DNA from: Gonapodya sp. JEL0774
Lineage: Eukaryota
Direction: 5' to 3'
DNA length: 59,892 bases
Assembly: GCA_027604505.1 (NCBI GenBank)
Contig: JADIIX010000065.1
Coordinates: 62,001-121,892 of the forward strand
The position numbers and the translations under genes are program-made. The notes beneath the pieces are model-generated. The model ran no database searches and was not told where the DNA came from. It was given only the letters and a program-made list of their open reading frames with translations. Within the stretch, counting starts at the first letter, position 1. Each line of letters begins with the position of its first letter. Positions 12,417 to 25,071 of the stretch are shown here, piece after piece.

Positions 12417-15400
12417 ATGCAGGTCCACCGATGCCGCTTCGTAGATTATGTTCCAGCGGCCATATCCGCCCTGGCATTTACTCCAAAGACCGCCCGTCCG
12501 CACCTCGCTTGCGCTAGAGCCAACGGTGATATCGAAATTTGGGGGGTGGTGGGAAACTGGGTTTTGGAGAAGGTGAGCCCAAGGAGCTTTACGCATCGTG
12601 TTTGTTTTTGAATCGTTGTTCATGCTTATCTGCCCATTGATTACTCATTTCTGTCCGTGCAGACGATTCCCGGTGGTCTGAATCAGTCGGTGGAGTGCGT
12701 CGCGTGGGTCCACAATTTACCAGACGATTCGGACTCGGATTCGGAGACGATGGAAGTGAGCTTTTGTTTCAACAGCTAACCATAGGAGCCACTTCATGCT
12801 AGAATCTTTTTTTTGTAGGATGACGGAGGTCCATCCCAATCCGGGAGAGCAGCAAAGAAGAAGCCTACCTATCTCCCCTCTCACTCCAAAATCCCACCAC
12901 GACTCTTTTCCTCTGGCCTTAACGCTGTGGTTACCGAGTATAGTCTCACCTCTTTACGACCCGTCGCCACCGTTGCTTGCCCTGGCGGAGCTGTTTGGTG
13001 CATGGCAGTTAATCCTCGCTCATCACTTCTTGTTGTCGGTTGTGACGACGGAACACCGCGGCTATTGGATGTTTCGGAAGGAGATTTTCGACTGATTAAG
13101 GCTCTAGACCGTGGTGCCGGCCGGATACTCTCCATCGCCTGGAGCTCAGATGGAACTCAAGTGTGGGCAGGCCACTCGGACGGGTGTATCAGACGATGGA
13201 ATGTCGCGACCGGTCGGATAATCTCCCGTATAACGCTGGACTCCCGTCGTGGAAGAAATAACGATACTTTGGTTTGGGCACTGACTGTCTTGGCGGATAA
13301 CACCGTAGTTGCTGGTGACTCTCTCGGGACGGTGACTTTCTTCGACTCACGAACGGAGACGGTCCTTCGACGATTCCCGAAAGCTCACTTCACAGATGTT
13401 TTGTGTATTGCCGCGTCCGAAGCTGGTGACGTAGTGTACACGGGAGGAGTTGACCGCAAGATCGCTCAGTTCCGCCTAACAGATATTGGGGGTGGGGATG
13501 GAACGCGATCAAAGAGCACCGAATCCGCGCTTCAAGCAACTAGCTCTAGATGGGTGCTTTCCGGAGACCGACGATACCACTCGCACGATATTCGATCCTT
13601 GGCGCTTTGGGAATCCCACCCGATCGATGCTCTCGTTTCGGGTGGAGTTGACACACAAATGATTGTTGCGCAAGCGAAGTTATTTCCGATGGGAAATCCG
13701 AAGCGAATGAGTTCCCTCCCGACCAAATCTGCCATTGAAGTGTGCCGGCTGAAGCGATGGGTCGCTTGGAGACATGACCGAGGTTTGAAGGTGTGGAAGC
13801 TCGGAGAAGGTGAGCCTGTACTTTGATTCATTGCTTCTGCTGATCCCCTGCATAACTGACGTGGTGAATCCTAGCTGCTTCCAGGTCTTTGACGCATCAG
13901 GACTCATTCCACCAAATCGAGGTAGCAAGCCAGCCGCAATGTCTGTTTGAGATTAATGTCCTTTCAGACGCCCGGCTTACATGTTCCTCCATCTCCAGTA
14001 ATGGAGAATGGATCGCGGTAGGCTCCATTGAGGAGGTAAAGCTTTTTCGTGTGAAGGATGACGTGAGCACACCTCCATGAATGCTTGCATGAAACCAAAC
14101 TTATTGGCCCCTCTTTCCGGACACTGTCATACAGGGTCATTCATTACCTGTTATTCGGAAACATCGTCCGTCGGGGTCCTCCGTTTCTGATATTCCGGGG
14201 GCATTGTGTCTTTGTTTCACCCCGGATTCCCGGCGGCTCGTACTGGGGACACCGGAAGGGTTGCTGTTCGTTGTCGATGTGATGACTGGCGAGATTTTGA
14301 CGACATGGAGCCGGCTCGAAGGCACAACAATTGATCACATTGCCGTCAGTTCAGACGGACAGTGGATGGTGGCCGTTGGCGATCGAGATCGGACCGCTGG
14401 CGGAAATGCTCAAGTGGAAGTATGGAATCTCGATGCGATGCGAGTAAGTTCGGATAGTCAGGGCTCGAAGAAACGGGTTCGGCGAGTTGACAAATCAAAT
14501 ATGCAGCACGACCACACCCTTCCTCAGCCCCCTTCACACCCCACACATTTGTCTTTTCTCCCCCATCCTCCCGCCACAATCGTCCTTCTTTCCCACCCAC
14601 GACATATGTACATCCACGACGTCGAAAAACGACGCATGGCCGATTGGTCGACCCTTTACAATTCGCCACTGGGTTCGCAGGTGCCGTATAAGTTCACCAA
14701 CAAAGCGGAACCCTTAGCTGGCATTTGCTGTCCAGTTCCGTCCAGCGTGGCTACTGAGGGCCTTCTCCAAGGGTCAAATTCCATAGCAGCGTGGAGCCGA
14801 TCGGAGATTACCTGGATTGATCTCTCACGGCATCCCAAAGGTGGACGAGCTGAACTCGGGTTTCTCAAGAGAAAGAGGACTGAAGAGGACAGAAAAAACG
14901 TGGAAACTGCTGACAGTCAAACCCAGGCAAAGTCTGATATTGCTGCGTTCAACGAAGACAGAAAGAGGGATAAGAAGAATGCCAAGAAGCGACAAGAGCG
15001 TGGCTACGTTGCAAATGGGAAGGAAGATTCTGGCTCAGACGAGAACGAGGGAACAACACAGAACAATAGTGGGACAGACGATCGACCGCACACTAATGGT
15101 GTAGTTGAGAACGGTGACTCCGAGGACGTCGTGGTTATGAGCACAGATGATGAAGAGAGCACCGCTCTCAATTTTATGGATGTGGATGACGTACCGTCCA
15201 ATGTTGAACATTTGGCCGAAAGGAATTTACCCCCACCAGCAGTCGAAGCGCGCTCCGTGCAGACCAAAAGACCGACGAAGGGTAAGGAAGCCCGTAACTT
15301 TGTCTCTGTGGATCGGTATCAACCCCTTATGCACGCGGACTATCTGTCAACGGAGGAGTTAGTAGTGGTGGAACGACCTTGGCTCGGCATAGCGGAGAAA

Positions 15401-15439
15401 CTTCCTGGTGTCGTCAGGAAGAAAAAATATGGTACATAG
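12417..15439 (+). CDS. UTP4: U3 snoRNP protein UTP4/Cirhin (WD40)
   Basis: N-terminal MQVHRCRFVDYVPAAISALAF...LACARANGDIEIW, WD40 repeats, RRYHSHDIRSLA, and C-terminal ELVVVERPW...LPGVVRKKKYGT*. Confidence 0.92.
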
Positions 15440-15749
15440 TAAATATTCCACTGTTTTCTTACTTGTATTCTGCAATGATAAAATGGCAGAAGCTGTGGTG
15501 GGCGATTGCTGCTCCATTTAGACACCATCATCCCATGTCCACACAAACCATGAAGCCCTTCAAACTTAAGTGACAAGTTATTCTATGAGTACGTGATTAC
15601 TTCTGTAGTAGGCGGCAGATGACTCTGGGCCAAGTTGATTGTTTTAATATAATCTTTCGCATGGAGTGAGCCACCATTGCCGATGACGTGTGTGGTGTCT
15701 GGAGTGCTTCTGGACTTTCTGCATCATTTGACTCACTCGCGCTAGATCA

Positions 15750-17482
15750 ATGACGCTCAGAGTCATGTGCTCGCTTTATCTGGCATTAATTCTGATTACT
15801 GGCGGCATCAAAGCAGGTACAATGGGTGAACGTTCTAGAGTTCCCGGTGACTCAAGGAACGATCCCGGTTCCCCCTATGTCAGCAGTACCGAAAGCACCC
15901 CAAAAAGCGACAACTTTGACTGCGCCTGATTTTAAGGCCGCGATCTTGGCAGAGCCGGCTTCCACCGCCCCGATTTCACTTTCCGGGTCTGTTACCGCTG
16001 AAAGCTTTCTGGCACGGAAATCTTCCAGATATTCAGTGAGATTGACCTGTTGGCTATAACTTCCTTGGGGGACGCCAACCGTAATGTGAAAATAAACCCC
16101 TCCTCCTACGCCGCAGACATACGGGAACCAGATCGAGCCGAGCCCTCAAGGTAACTCAATTCTGCATTCATTACTACCACTGCGTGGAAAGAGGGACGCA
16201 TCCTGCGGTTCGTCGATCCTGTGCAGTAAACTATGTCCACTTTGATTCTAAATTCTCACATCTTTCAAGGAGTTGCGAGTCTCAAAAGATGTGGGGAAGC
16301 TTGTGTACCCTTAAACTGGATTTGCTGCTCAACTGTCAAGTACGTGTTGCTGCAACCATCACACTGCTCGAGTGATCCTCTAGCGTACGGCTTCATACGC
16401 ATTGGCCAGCACAATATGCCCCACTGGAACACAGTGTGTTGCACCACGTCCAATAAGTGCATGGATACCTGACTGTGAGCCGTGTCCGAATCTATGTGAA
16501 ACTGGGTGCGTTGACGTGAGTTGCTCCAATCAAATGTGGTCAATCTTGAGGGTCAACGCTTCGAGGCTGAGACTGACATGAATCCCGGACATTTTGTCGT
16601 CAGTTTCTCACCGATCGAAATAATTGTGGGAGGGTAGGTACAGTGCTTTGGTGGATAACAGATTACTGAAGTATCATTTCGTCTCAGTGTGACAATTCTT
16701 GGTGAGTTCTGCAGATTGATTGATATCATTACTTCCCAAATCACCAAAAGCCACAGTTTGGAGCTCGAGGACGCAGGGAGTCGCGGTATATGCGTGAATG
16801 GAAAGTGTGAAACTGGTGAGCTTCGCAATTCAAAGTGAATCGGTGCTCTTTCCCGCTCCAAATATAAGTCCTTAGAGTGTCTTCCAGGACTAAAAAAGAA
16901 TGGCACTCACTGCATGGTCGAATCTGGGGTTGGCGGTCTCCGTGATGGAAGACTGAAAAGTTGCTTACCGCCATACGTTTGCTCAATCAATGGTACTGTG
17001 ATCCAAATTTTCCACCACAACTTGCCTCCCACGCCCGGCAATCGTTCGCTCCAGGGACCTGTGCTTGTCCGATTGGGATGTCAGCGTGTTCTATAATTGG
17101 ATGTTGCCCTGTCATACCTCCAACTACTAGCAGTGCAACCAGTCCCCACCTCACGGCGATTGTTCTGGGGAGTATTGGTGGGAGCCTCGCACTTGCAATT
17201 GTTGTACTTTGTGTTTCCTGCCGGTGGTTCCGAAGGCGCCACGACAAAGCGCGAGAATCAGCGTTTGCAATTCGATCACTCAGCGCTACACATCCAGACC
17301 CTCCGGGATACTATGAATGGATGCGTAATCATGATCAGGTCCGAGATCTGCGAGATACGATGGGGAATGAAATACCTACCACAATCGCACTGGCGGACAT
17401 GTCGGAGTCTGTAGAAGAAATTGATCTAGTTGAAAGACACGGCAGATTGCCTTCCTACAATGAGTTGTTTTTGGTAGAGTAA
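15750..17482 (+). CDS. Cys-rich type I membrane protein (signal peptide, DxxNCGxC motif, single TM, cytosolic PPxY/LPxY), about 10 exons
   Basis: Signal peptide MTLRVMCSLYLALILITGGIKA. In-phase GT-AG exons give RCGEACVPLNWICC...CETGCVD|FLTDRNNCGR|CDNSC|...CVNGKCETECLPG...; TM AIVLGSIGGSLALAIVVLCVSC; cytosolic PPGY and LPSY. Confidence 0.65.
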
Positions 17483-17597
17483 CATGATGCACGTATTCGC
17501 ATTTACTACGCATGAACGGCGCTGGCCCTTCCTTCATTCTTCCCCCAGCCTGGCGTTATGCCCCTTTCATTGATTTTATTTCGGCTGCCCGTTCTTC

Positions 17598-18143
17598 ATG
17601 CAGATTGATCCACAAGCCATCATTGACACCACAGTCGTACTTGTTGCGTGCGCGATCTCTTTCGTCGTTTCTATTGCAATTGTCGCGTTGCTCGTGTTGT
17701 ACTACATGTGGGAGGACGATCGAGAGCTGAAACGGCGGACGCGAGTTTATCCGACAAATAATCACTTTTTGGGAGAGGAAAGCAACGTGGACGCAGTCAC
17801 CGAATCGTGGGTGGACGTGCTGTTAAGCAGCGCGAACTGCGACGCGACGGAGGAGACGGCGTCCCAGCGAAGCCGACCTCAGAGATCCAGTTCCACTCTT
17901 CCAATAATCACGCCTCCTCCGCGTTCTTGTTCTCGGCACCAACGGGACAATATTATAAACATATCGAGGTTCACGAGTTTCTCCACTGGCTTCCGCAACC
18001 AGCCACGCGTTCTGAGAAGTTTCCAATACGAATTGATAATGGACACTGCGGACATTGATGTCCCCGAAGACTGGCACGTACCTAGGAGTCATATCTTCCA
18101 ATGTATCAGAGAGATAGCAGGCGGGGAGCGTCGGCAATCATAG
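17598..18143 (+). CDS. Hypothetical single-pass membrane protein
   Basis: 181-aa ORF with an N-terminal hydrophobic helix (VVLVACAISFVVSIAIVALLVLYYMW) followed by charged residues; no recognised domain. Confidence 0.4.
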   Translation: MQIDPQAIIDTTVVLVACAISFVVSIAIVALLVLYYMWEDDRELKRRTRVYPTNNHFLGEESNVDAVTESWVDVLLSSANCDATEETASQRSRPQRSSSTLPIITPPPRSCSRHQRDNIINISRFTSFSTGFRNQPRVLRSFQYELIMDTADIDVPEDWHVPRSHIFQCIREIAGGERRQS

Positions 18144-18383
18144 CAGCAGTTCTAGCCTCAGAATTTTAGATGGATTTGGCGGAAATAACAATGATGGATG
18201 AGAGAATTGGTGGGTATACGGAGCACATTGAAGATGATCATGATTCTCTGGTAATTCTGTAATAAATATTTGTGTGGGTGACTTTTGTCTGGTGTGGGTC
18301 TCCCTTCCATTTCTTTACACTTCAAGTGCGAACCACCATTCAAACGACTTCTAGCCACCGCGACGTATCGGAAAGCGAAAACG

Positions 18384-21300
18384 ATGTCACTCAACTTTGG
18401 CCCAGAATGGTATGTTTTCGCCACGCGGGATGTTGTCGCTGCAAAAGACGCCCGCGTTTTGTGAGATCCACTTGACCGATTTCTCTTTGCTTATCCGGAC
18501 ATCGCCGGCCGCCCGTGGGAATCCGAACTATTGCAGGATGCGAAAATCATCTTCACCTCTCGTGGCACCGCCCTCGGCAACATGGACGGCGAAACAACCC
18601 CCACATCCTAACGTCTCCGGCATCACAACTGCACTCTCAAGCACGAACGGGACCGCGCATCACGCCGAAACTGCGCCAGACCCTTTCTTTGGTCAGGGAG
18701 CGGATGAAAATATTAGATACGCGACCCAATTCATCGTCGATATGTTCAATCGATCACTACCGTTGCCCAGTGGTTTGGATCCCACACAAGTGATTGTATC
18801 GCAGGAGCAATTATTGCCGCTTGCAAACGTACCAATCAGTGAAAAAGAAAAGGCGGTAGGCTCTTGATACTATCGTTATCGCGTGATTGGTCTTTGGGTT
18901 CTCAAGAGTTTTTGTGTATGTTGTGCTAGCTTCTCTCCCTCCCTTCTGCGAATCCGGAGCGTTCAAGGGTTGGGAACTCAGCTGTTGCGTCTGGAGCGCC
19001 ACCATTTGCAAGTCATCGAAACCCGGGGGAAGTGGAAGGAAGGGGACGTGGTCGTGGAATGGGCCGACGTACGTGTTGAGTTCCTTTCCTTGCTTACTAA
19101 CACCCTTTGTTCAAAGATCACTCCATTTTCCGACCCATGGGCGTGATGCTTCTGATAGGTTACGACTATGGTCGAGACCAAGGAGGACCACAACGTGACC
19201 GTGAAGGAGGTGAAGGGCCGCGCCCTATTCAGCAAGCACGTCGTTCACGGAATGTCGATGAAGGCAATTCGTCCTCGCCAACGGATCTCTGGGATATGCC
19301 TGGCGAAGGTGCGGGATCTTTCGGCGCGGACGGCTCGTTCAAGGTGGGGTCGGCAGAGAAACGCATTTCAACGCAACCTTCTTGGAAAGCGAGGCTATTC
19401 GAGGACGGGGATGTCATTTCAAAAGTGAGCGAACATTTGCTCTTCTGCTGGAGCGGAGTATCGTACTCAATCAAGCACGTTCCTGTCCCACAGGCTGCCG
19501 GCCGCAGCGAAACCCTCTCTGAAAGTGCGCCATCCCGGGAAGCAATCTTTCCCCCCGGTCCTTTAAAGGAGGGTACTACGGAAGCCGTCTCGGGCAGTGG
19601 AGAAGGGACTTCTGTGAAACCACTTGGAAAACCCACCAATGCTCAGGGTCTTGCACCACTCCCTGCCCACCCCTGGATTGATGCCGTGACCGGCCCGTTG
19701 ACGAGATCAACTGGCCCCACCCTGAGCACAGGTGACCTTTTGCGTGGAATTGGAGACTCGTTTGGATTGGATGCAATAAATTCGGACCCGTTCCGGGTAA
19801 CCGGGGCAGTTCAACCACAGCAACCTGATTTGGCAGCTGTGCCGTCGTTCGACGTGGGCACATCTTCCAGCACCCCTTCCACCTACTTGTCCACTTTCTC
19901 AGGAAACGCTATTGGAGGTCTTGGCGTCAACCCCACGACTAGACCATATGATCCAGGGTTTGGCCTCGGTGGAGGAATGGGCCTTGGCAGCACTCGTCCT
20001 GTAACATCGAGTTTCCCATATTCTTCTGCGGCCGACACTGGATTAGTCTCTGGATTTAATCCAGGTACGGGAGGACTCAGCCAGCCGGGTTTCTCTCGCG
20101 CGGCATTAAATGCCGGTTTGGCTGAACCTCTCTTGCAACGAGAACTGGCTGCACTGAGAGGCCTCTCACACGTGACAGCTCCGTTGGTACCCCGCGATCC
20201 ACCAGTCTGGTATTACAGAGACCCTTCCGGGCAAACTCAAGGCGAGATTCGTTTCGTGTCACCAAAGCGACCTTGCTGCTGACTGCCGTGACTGCTTGAA
20301 ATAGGCCCTTTCAGTCATCTTGAAATGCATGAATGGTACAAAGGAAAATATTTTTCTGCGGAACTGCCCATAAAACATCATGACGCACCGATATTTGAGC
20401 CGCTCGCACAGTTTCTCCTCCGGTTCGGAACTGATCGACCTTTCATCCTGGATGCAGAGGAGTACATAAATGGTGAACCGCTAACGTCTTCAACTGCCAT
20501 TATGGGATCGACGGCAACGTCGTCTTCTACTTCGGGTCTCTCGGCACTAAACCATAGGAGAGACCAGACGGCATTCGACCCGTTCTCACCCCAGACATTC
20601 GCAACTGCTGGGACGGCAAACGGACTCGGAAACCTATCGAGTGGTATAAGTTCAGTGACAGGACTCGGGATCGGCGGTGGCGTTCAGCATCGAACTGGTG
20701 CGACATACGGAGGCACAGATGGCTCGTTTAATCCCCTCGCGACTGTAGGACTGACGAACCTTGGTATCGGTGTGGACGTGATTGGGTCCCACAGCCGTGG
20801 AGCAGGCACTGGAGGCCCGTTAGGACTTAACCATGAATCATCTGGTTGGCCAGGTGAACCATCCAGTGGCGTGTCGAGAGTTGGCAGCGCCAGCGTCGCG
20901 TGGGATAATATTCCTGCAATTGGCACGCGTGCAGCGTCATCGCAAAGCATTGTTGACCAATTTGGCACAGGATTTCCCCAACCGCTCGCCGGTGCAGCTC
21001 AGAAGTCCCCCCCAAGGTCTCAGGCATCATTCAATGGAACATCGATGTCGGTCGCGTCGTCCGTGAATCAGCAGGCTCCACTGCCTGATAGGTGGAGCTT
21101 TTTTGGGCAGTCGCCGATTGCGCGGCCATCTCAACAGACCACCACTGACCTCTCAATTCAACAGCAATACTCCGCACTCTCTTACGGTCACGAGTCTCCA
21201 GCATCAGTGAATGGGGTGGAGGAGGATGTTCATTCGGAGCAGCCGCTCTCGGAAGACGTTTTAGAGGATTTGGTAGTTGAGCTTTCCAGCCAGGACCATC

Positions 21301-22847
21301 CGGGTGGGCATGCAGATCATCACGTCCTCGTTGTGAGTCCCGATCCGGAGCAAACAATGGAGAACTCAGGGTTTCACACGGAAGGCGAAGCGAAGCAGCG
21401 GCACCAGGAGGGCTTGCCGGCGTCATCATCCACCACATCAAAAGATTCGCGGAAGAAGAAGAAGGAATCCCGCAAAACAGCGGCTCCGCAGGAAAAACCG
21501 GTTCTATCTGATACCGAAAAGAAGGAATCAGATAAGAAAGCGTGGAAAAGCGGTGGTGGACACCAGATAAGTTTCCGCGAGCTTCAAGAACGAGAAGCAC
21601 TCGAACGTGAAAAAGAGAGGAAGCGTTTGGAGCAATTAAAGGAGGAACAGCTTGCGGCTGCTGTCGCTGCTGTGCGTGCACAGGAACAACTTCAACAGGA
21701 GGCGGATGGTAACGGGTTGACTCCATGGGCTGCCGCTGCCGCCCCGGCCAAGACTTTAAAGAAGAAGTCCCTACAAGAGATTATGGCTGAGGAAGAACGC
21801 GTCAAAAATGCTAAGGAGGCCGCCCGCGAAGCCCAGAAACAAGCTGCAGTTGCATCGGCGGTGGCCGTTGGTATTGCTCAAGCCGCTGCGAGCGAATCCT
21901 GGAGTTCAGGCAATAGGTATGCCAACATTGCACAGGCGACCCCGCGTGCAGGACCGGCACCAGCGTGGGCAAAAGTTCCTGCTTCCGGACCCAGTTCTGG
22001 TCTCGCAAGCTCCACAAAACCGGCCGTTGTCGTTGCTCCGCCAATGTTGACGAAGGCTGCTGTGCAGACCAAAGGAGCCACAACCATTGTTGCACCCAAG
22101 GTATCGCAGGTATGTCCTTGGTTCTGTTGCTGTGTTATTGTGAGGGTGTTGACTAGTTCATGTCAAAGCCCCTGGAAAGCCCCGTGCAGTCTTGGACGAC
22201 AGTCGGCAAGTCAGCGTCTGCTGCGCCTGCAGCTCCTGTTCGGTATGTTGTTTCATTCTTTGAATTGATGTTTGGATTGTTGGAAGTAGCCTTCTGCACT
22301 TTGTCAGTGCTGTGCCAAGGTCCCCACCTGCACCTCAGCGTTCAACCCCAGCGGTCCAACCCACAGTCGCTCAGCCTTCAGCCCTAACCTCGCAAACTTC
22401 TTACGTTGGGAAAGAGATCTTTTTCGGTCTCTCGGAGGAATTCGCCAAATGGATTCGACAAACGTTGCGACCTGTTTCGAAGGACATAAATGGTGATTGG
22501 AACACGCCGTGATCCTGTCTGTTTTGCGCAATTAAGCTTTTCTCTCCCTTGACTCATTACTCGCAGTCGAGGACTTCGTCGGGATATTGCTTTCCTTCCA
22601 GGTCGGAGAGTTCTCCACGGTTGCTGATGTCTGTGCAGACACACTCTCCTTTACGACTGCTATTGATCCCAGGAAATTTGCACTTGAATTTGTGAATCGT
22701 CGGAGAGCTGAGGGTACAGGAGGTACAGGAGCTGGATCTGGGAACACTTCTAGGGCTGGGTCGTCATCTGGCCTGCTGGATGGAATGGACTCTGGCAACA
22801 AATTCGTGCCTGTAAAATCCACTGCTGGGAAGAAGAAGAAAAAGTAA
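18384..22847 (+). CDS. GIGYF: GYF-domain protein (GIGYF/SMY2 family)
   Basis: N-terminal MSLNFGPEW|MRK; GYF domain WYYRDPSGQTQ|GPFSHLEMHEWYKGKYF; KSLQEIMAEEE; C-terminal EEFAKWIRQTL...FALEFVNRR...KKKKK*. Confidence 0.88.
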
Positions 22848-22993
22848 ATCACGTACACAACCGTCATGTCGCGCTGAGTATAAAATCGGAACACATGTAC
22901 ATAAAATTCGCCACAGGGAATGGTTGGATTGCTGGTCATGAAAGATTTCATCCCTCAAATCTTCACATATTCTCGTTACAGCCGAGCCGATCA

Positions 22994-23994
22994 ATGAAGA
23001 TCGATTTTGTTATCTTTGATATGGATGGACTACTTCTCGATACAGGTTTGTTGTCGACCTTTTGAGGTTTGGTTTGATTCCATAAGTTCTGAGATTTGGC
23101 CCGCAAGAACGCATATACACGGAAGTGACACAAGAAATCGTCTCTAGATATGGCAAGACGTACTCATGGACTCTTAAGGCGAAACTGATGGGTCTCAAGC
23201 AGCTGGTTAGGAAGCAGATGAACAGAATCGCAACGAACAACCGTCCCAACTTTCATATTGCCAGGACGCGGCAAGGCTATTGGTAAAGTCGCTCGAATTG
23301 GAAGATGTGCTCCCCCCCGAAGCATATCTGGAGGAAAGGAATCGTTTGCAGGTGTCTATACATGCGTTCTTCGTAGGCAAGCACTGGCAGACCACTACCG
23401 TCCACTCAGGCAGAGCGGTTTCCTTTAGCTAAACCCATGCCGGGTGCTTTGAAGCTGGTGCAACATCTCAAAGAGAGCGGAGTTCCTATAGCGGTGTGTT
23501 GCAAGTGAACTACCCCTTCTTGCCACACATTTTGGACACGACCAAAAGTCTTTAGGTAGCGACATCCTCCCATCGCAACGCTTTCCGGATCAAATCGAAG
23601 AATAATCCGCTGTTATTTGAATGCTTTGGTGACCATATCACAGTTGGGGACGATCCCGAAATCAAGAGTGGCAAACCGTCACCCGACATCTTCTTTGCAG
23701 CGGCAAAGAAGTTGGGGTTCGACATTGAAAGTTATCCGGAACTTGGAAGTCGAGGGTTAGTATTTGAAGGTGAGTGGATCCGTGGTTCTTGATGGTTGTA
23801 GTCAAGTAGGCAGACATATGCGTTTCTCAGACGCCCCTTCTGGTGTGGAGGCGGGTATAAATGCTCGCTTACGCGTAATTTGGGTTCCCGATGAGAATCT
23901 GGTGAAGGAACAGACATTAGTGGATCAATGCACAGAAGTGCTTCCATCCCTAGAACTATTCATGCCGGAGAAGTATGGGTTGCCTCCCTATTAA
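22994..23994 (+). CDS. PUDP: HAD-family phosphatase, pseudouridine-5'-phosphatase (HDHD1/GS1)-like
   Basis: IFDMDGLLLDTE, KAKLMG, PMPGALKLVQHL, VATSSH, GKPSPDIF and FEDAPSGVEAG across GT-AG-spliced exons. Confidence 0.85.
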
Positions 23995-24284
23995 TATCGA
24001 AAGTAGCATCGCATTTCGAACGGTGTCCACTAATTTTATAATTGTTCCTGGACATCGTGGCACGTTGGGGTCAATTGCTGCGGTTGCGCCTCAATAATAC
24101 GTAAATGTCCTTGATTTCCCAATTTTCCATTCGGACCAGATTTCTTTCAGTATCTTCTCGAGCACTTTCAGTTACATCTACAGGTCAGAATTGGGTCTCC
24201 GCTACGCCGAGTGGGACATGCGCTGCTTCGACTGGCTTGCGTCTGACAGCTTTTTCTTGTCTGTCGGCTTCACGATCCGCAGCA

Positions 24285-24903
24285 ATGGGTGTCACCAGAG
24301 ATGTTACAAAGCCTGGCGATGGCAAGAACTTCCCCAAGGTTGGAGACACCGTCACCGTGAGTTTGCTTAATGCCACCGGAGTTCATCTTTGCAGTGTTGC
24401 CGAAGCACACTGACGTCGTTCTCCTTTTTCCCAATAGATGCACTGTGAGTATAATTCTGTCCACCTTAACGATGGTGCATTGATACTGACCAATCTGCCT
24501 TCACAGATACGGGAACCCTGTTGGACGGAAAGAAGTTTGACTCCAGCCGTGATCGTGGCAAGCCCTTCCAGACCAAGATTGGCGTCGGTCAAGTTATCAA
24601 GGGATGGGACGAGGGTGTCCCTCAGATGTGTAAGTTTGAAGCTGAAATGTTTATTTTCCAAGAGAATTCAGTTGAAAAACTCGACCACGTCCTCTCTTGG
24701 CAGCCCTCGGTGAGCAATGCCGGCTCACCATTACGCCCGACTACGGCTATGGTGCTCGCGGAGCAGGCGGTGTCATTCCTCCAAACGCCACCCTCATATT
24801 TGATGTGGAACTGCTGAAGGTAATGTCTTGACCGTCGCGGCAGTATAAACCAGCTCACCTGTTTCACTGGCATTCTCCCATCTTCAAATTACAGATCAAG
24901 TGA
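24285..24903 (+). CDS. FPR1: FKBP12 peptidyl-prolyl isomerase
   Basis: [71 protein letters not shown]...[19 protein letters not shown]; 5 exons. Confidence 0.96.
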
Positions 24904-25071
24904 GTGCGGCGTTCTTGTTTGTTTGTACCACTCTTGTGCTAACTATAGTTGAATTGTTCCTTGTATTACAGTTAAAAACGAAGTATCATAATAGTCAAAT
25001 TCATCAAAAATAAATTCGCGTCACAAAATTCACGGAAATTAGATTCGGTTTGCAATATCCATTTGTTGCAA

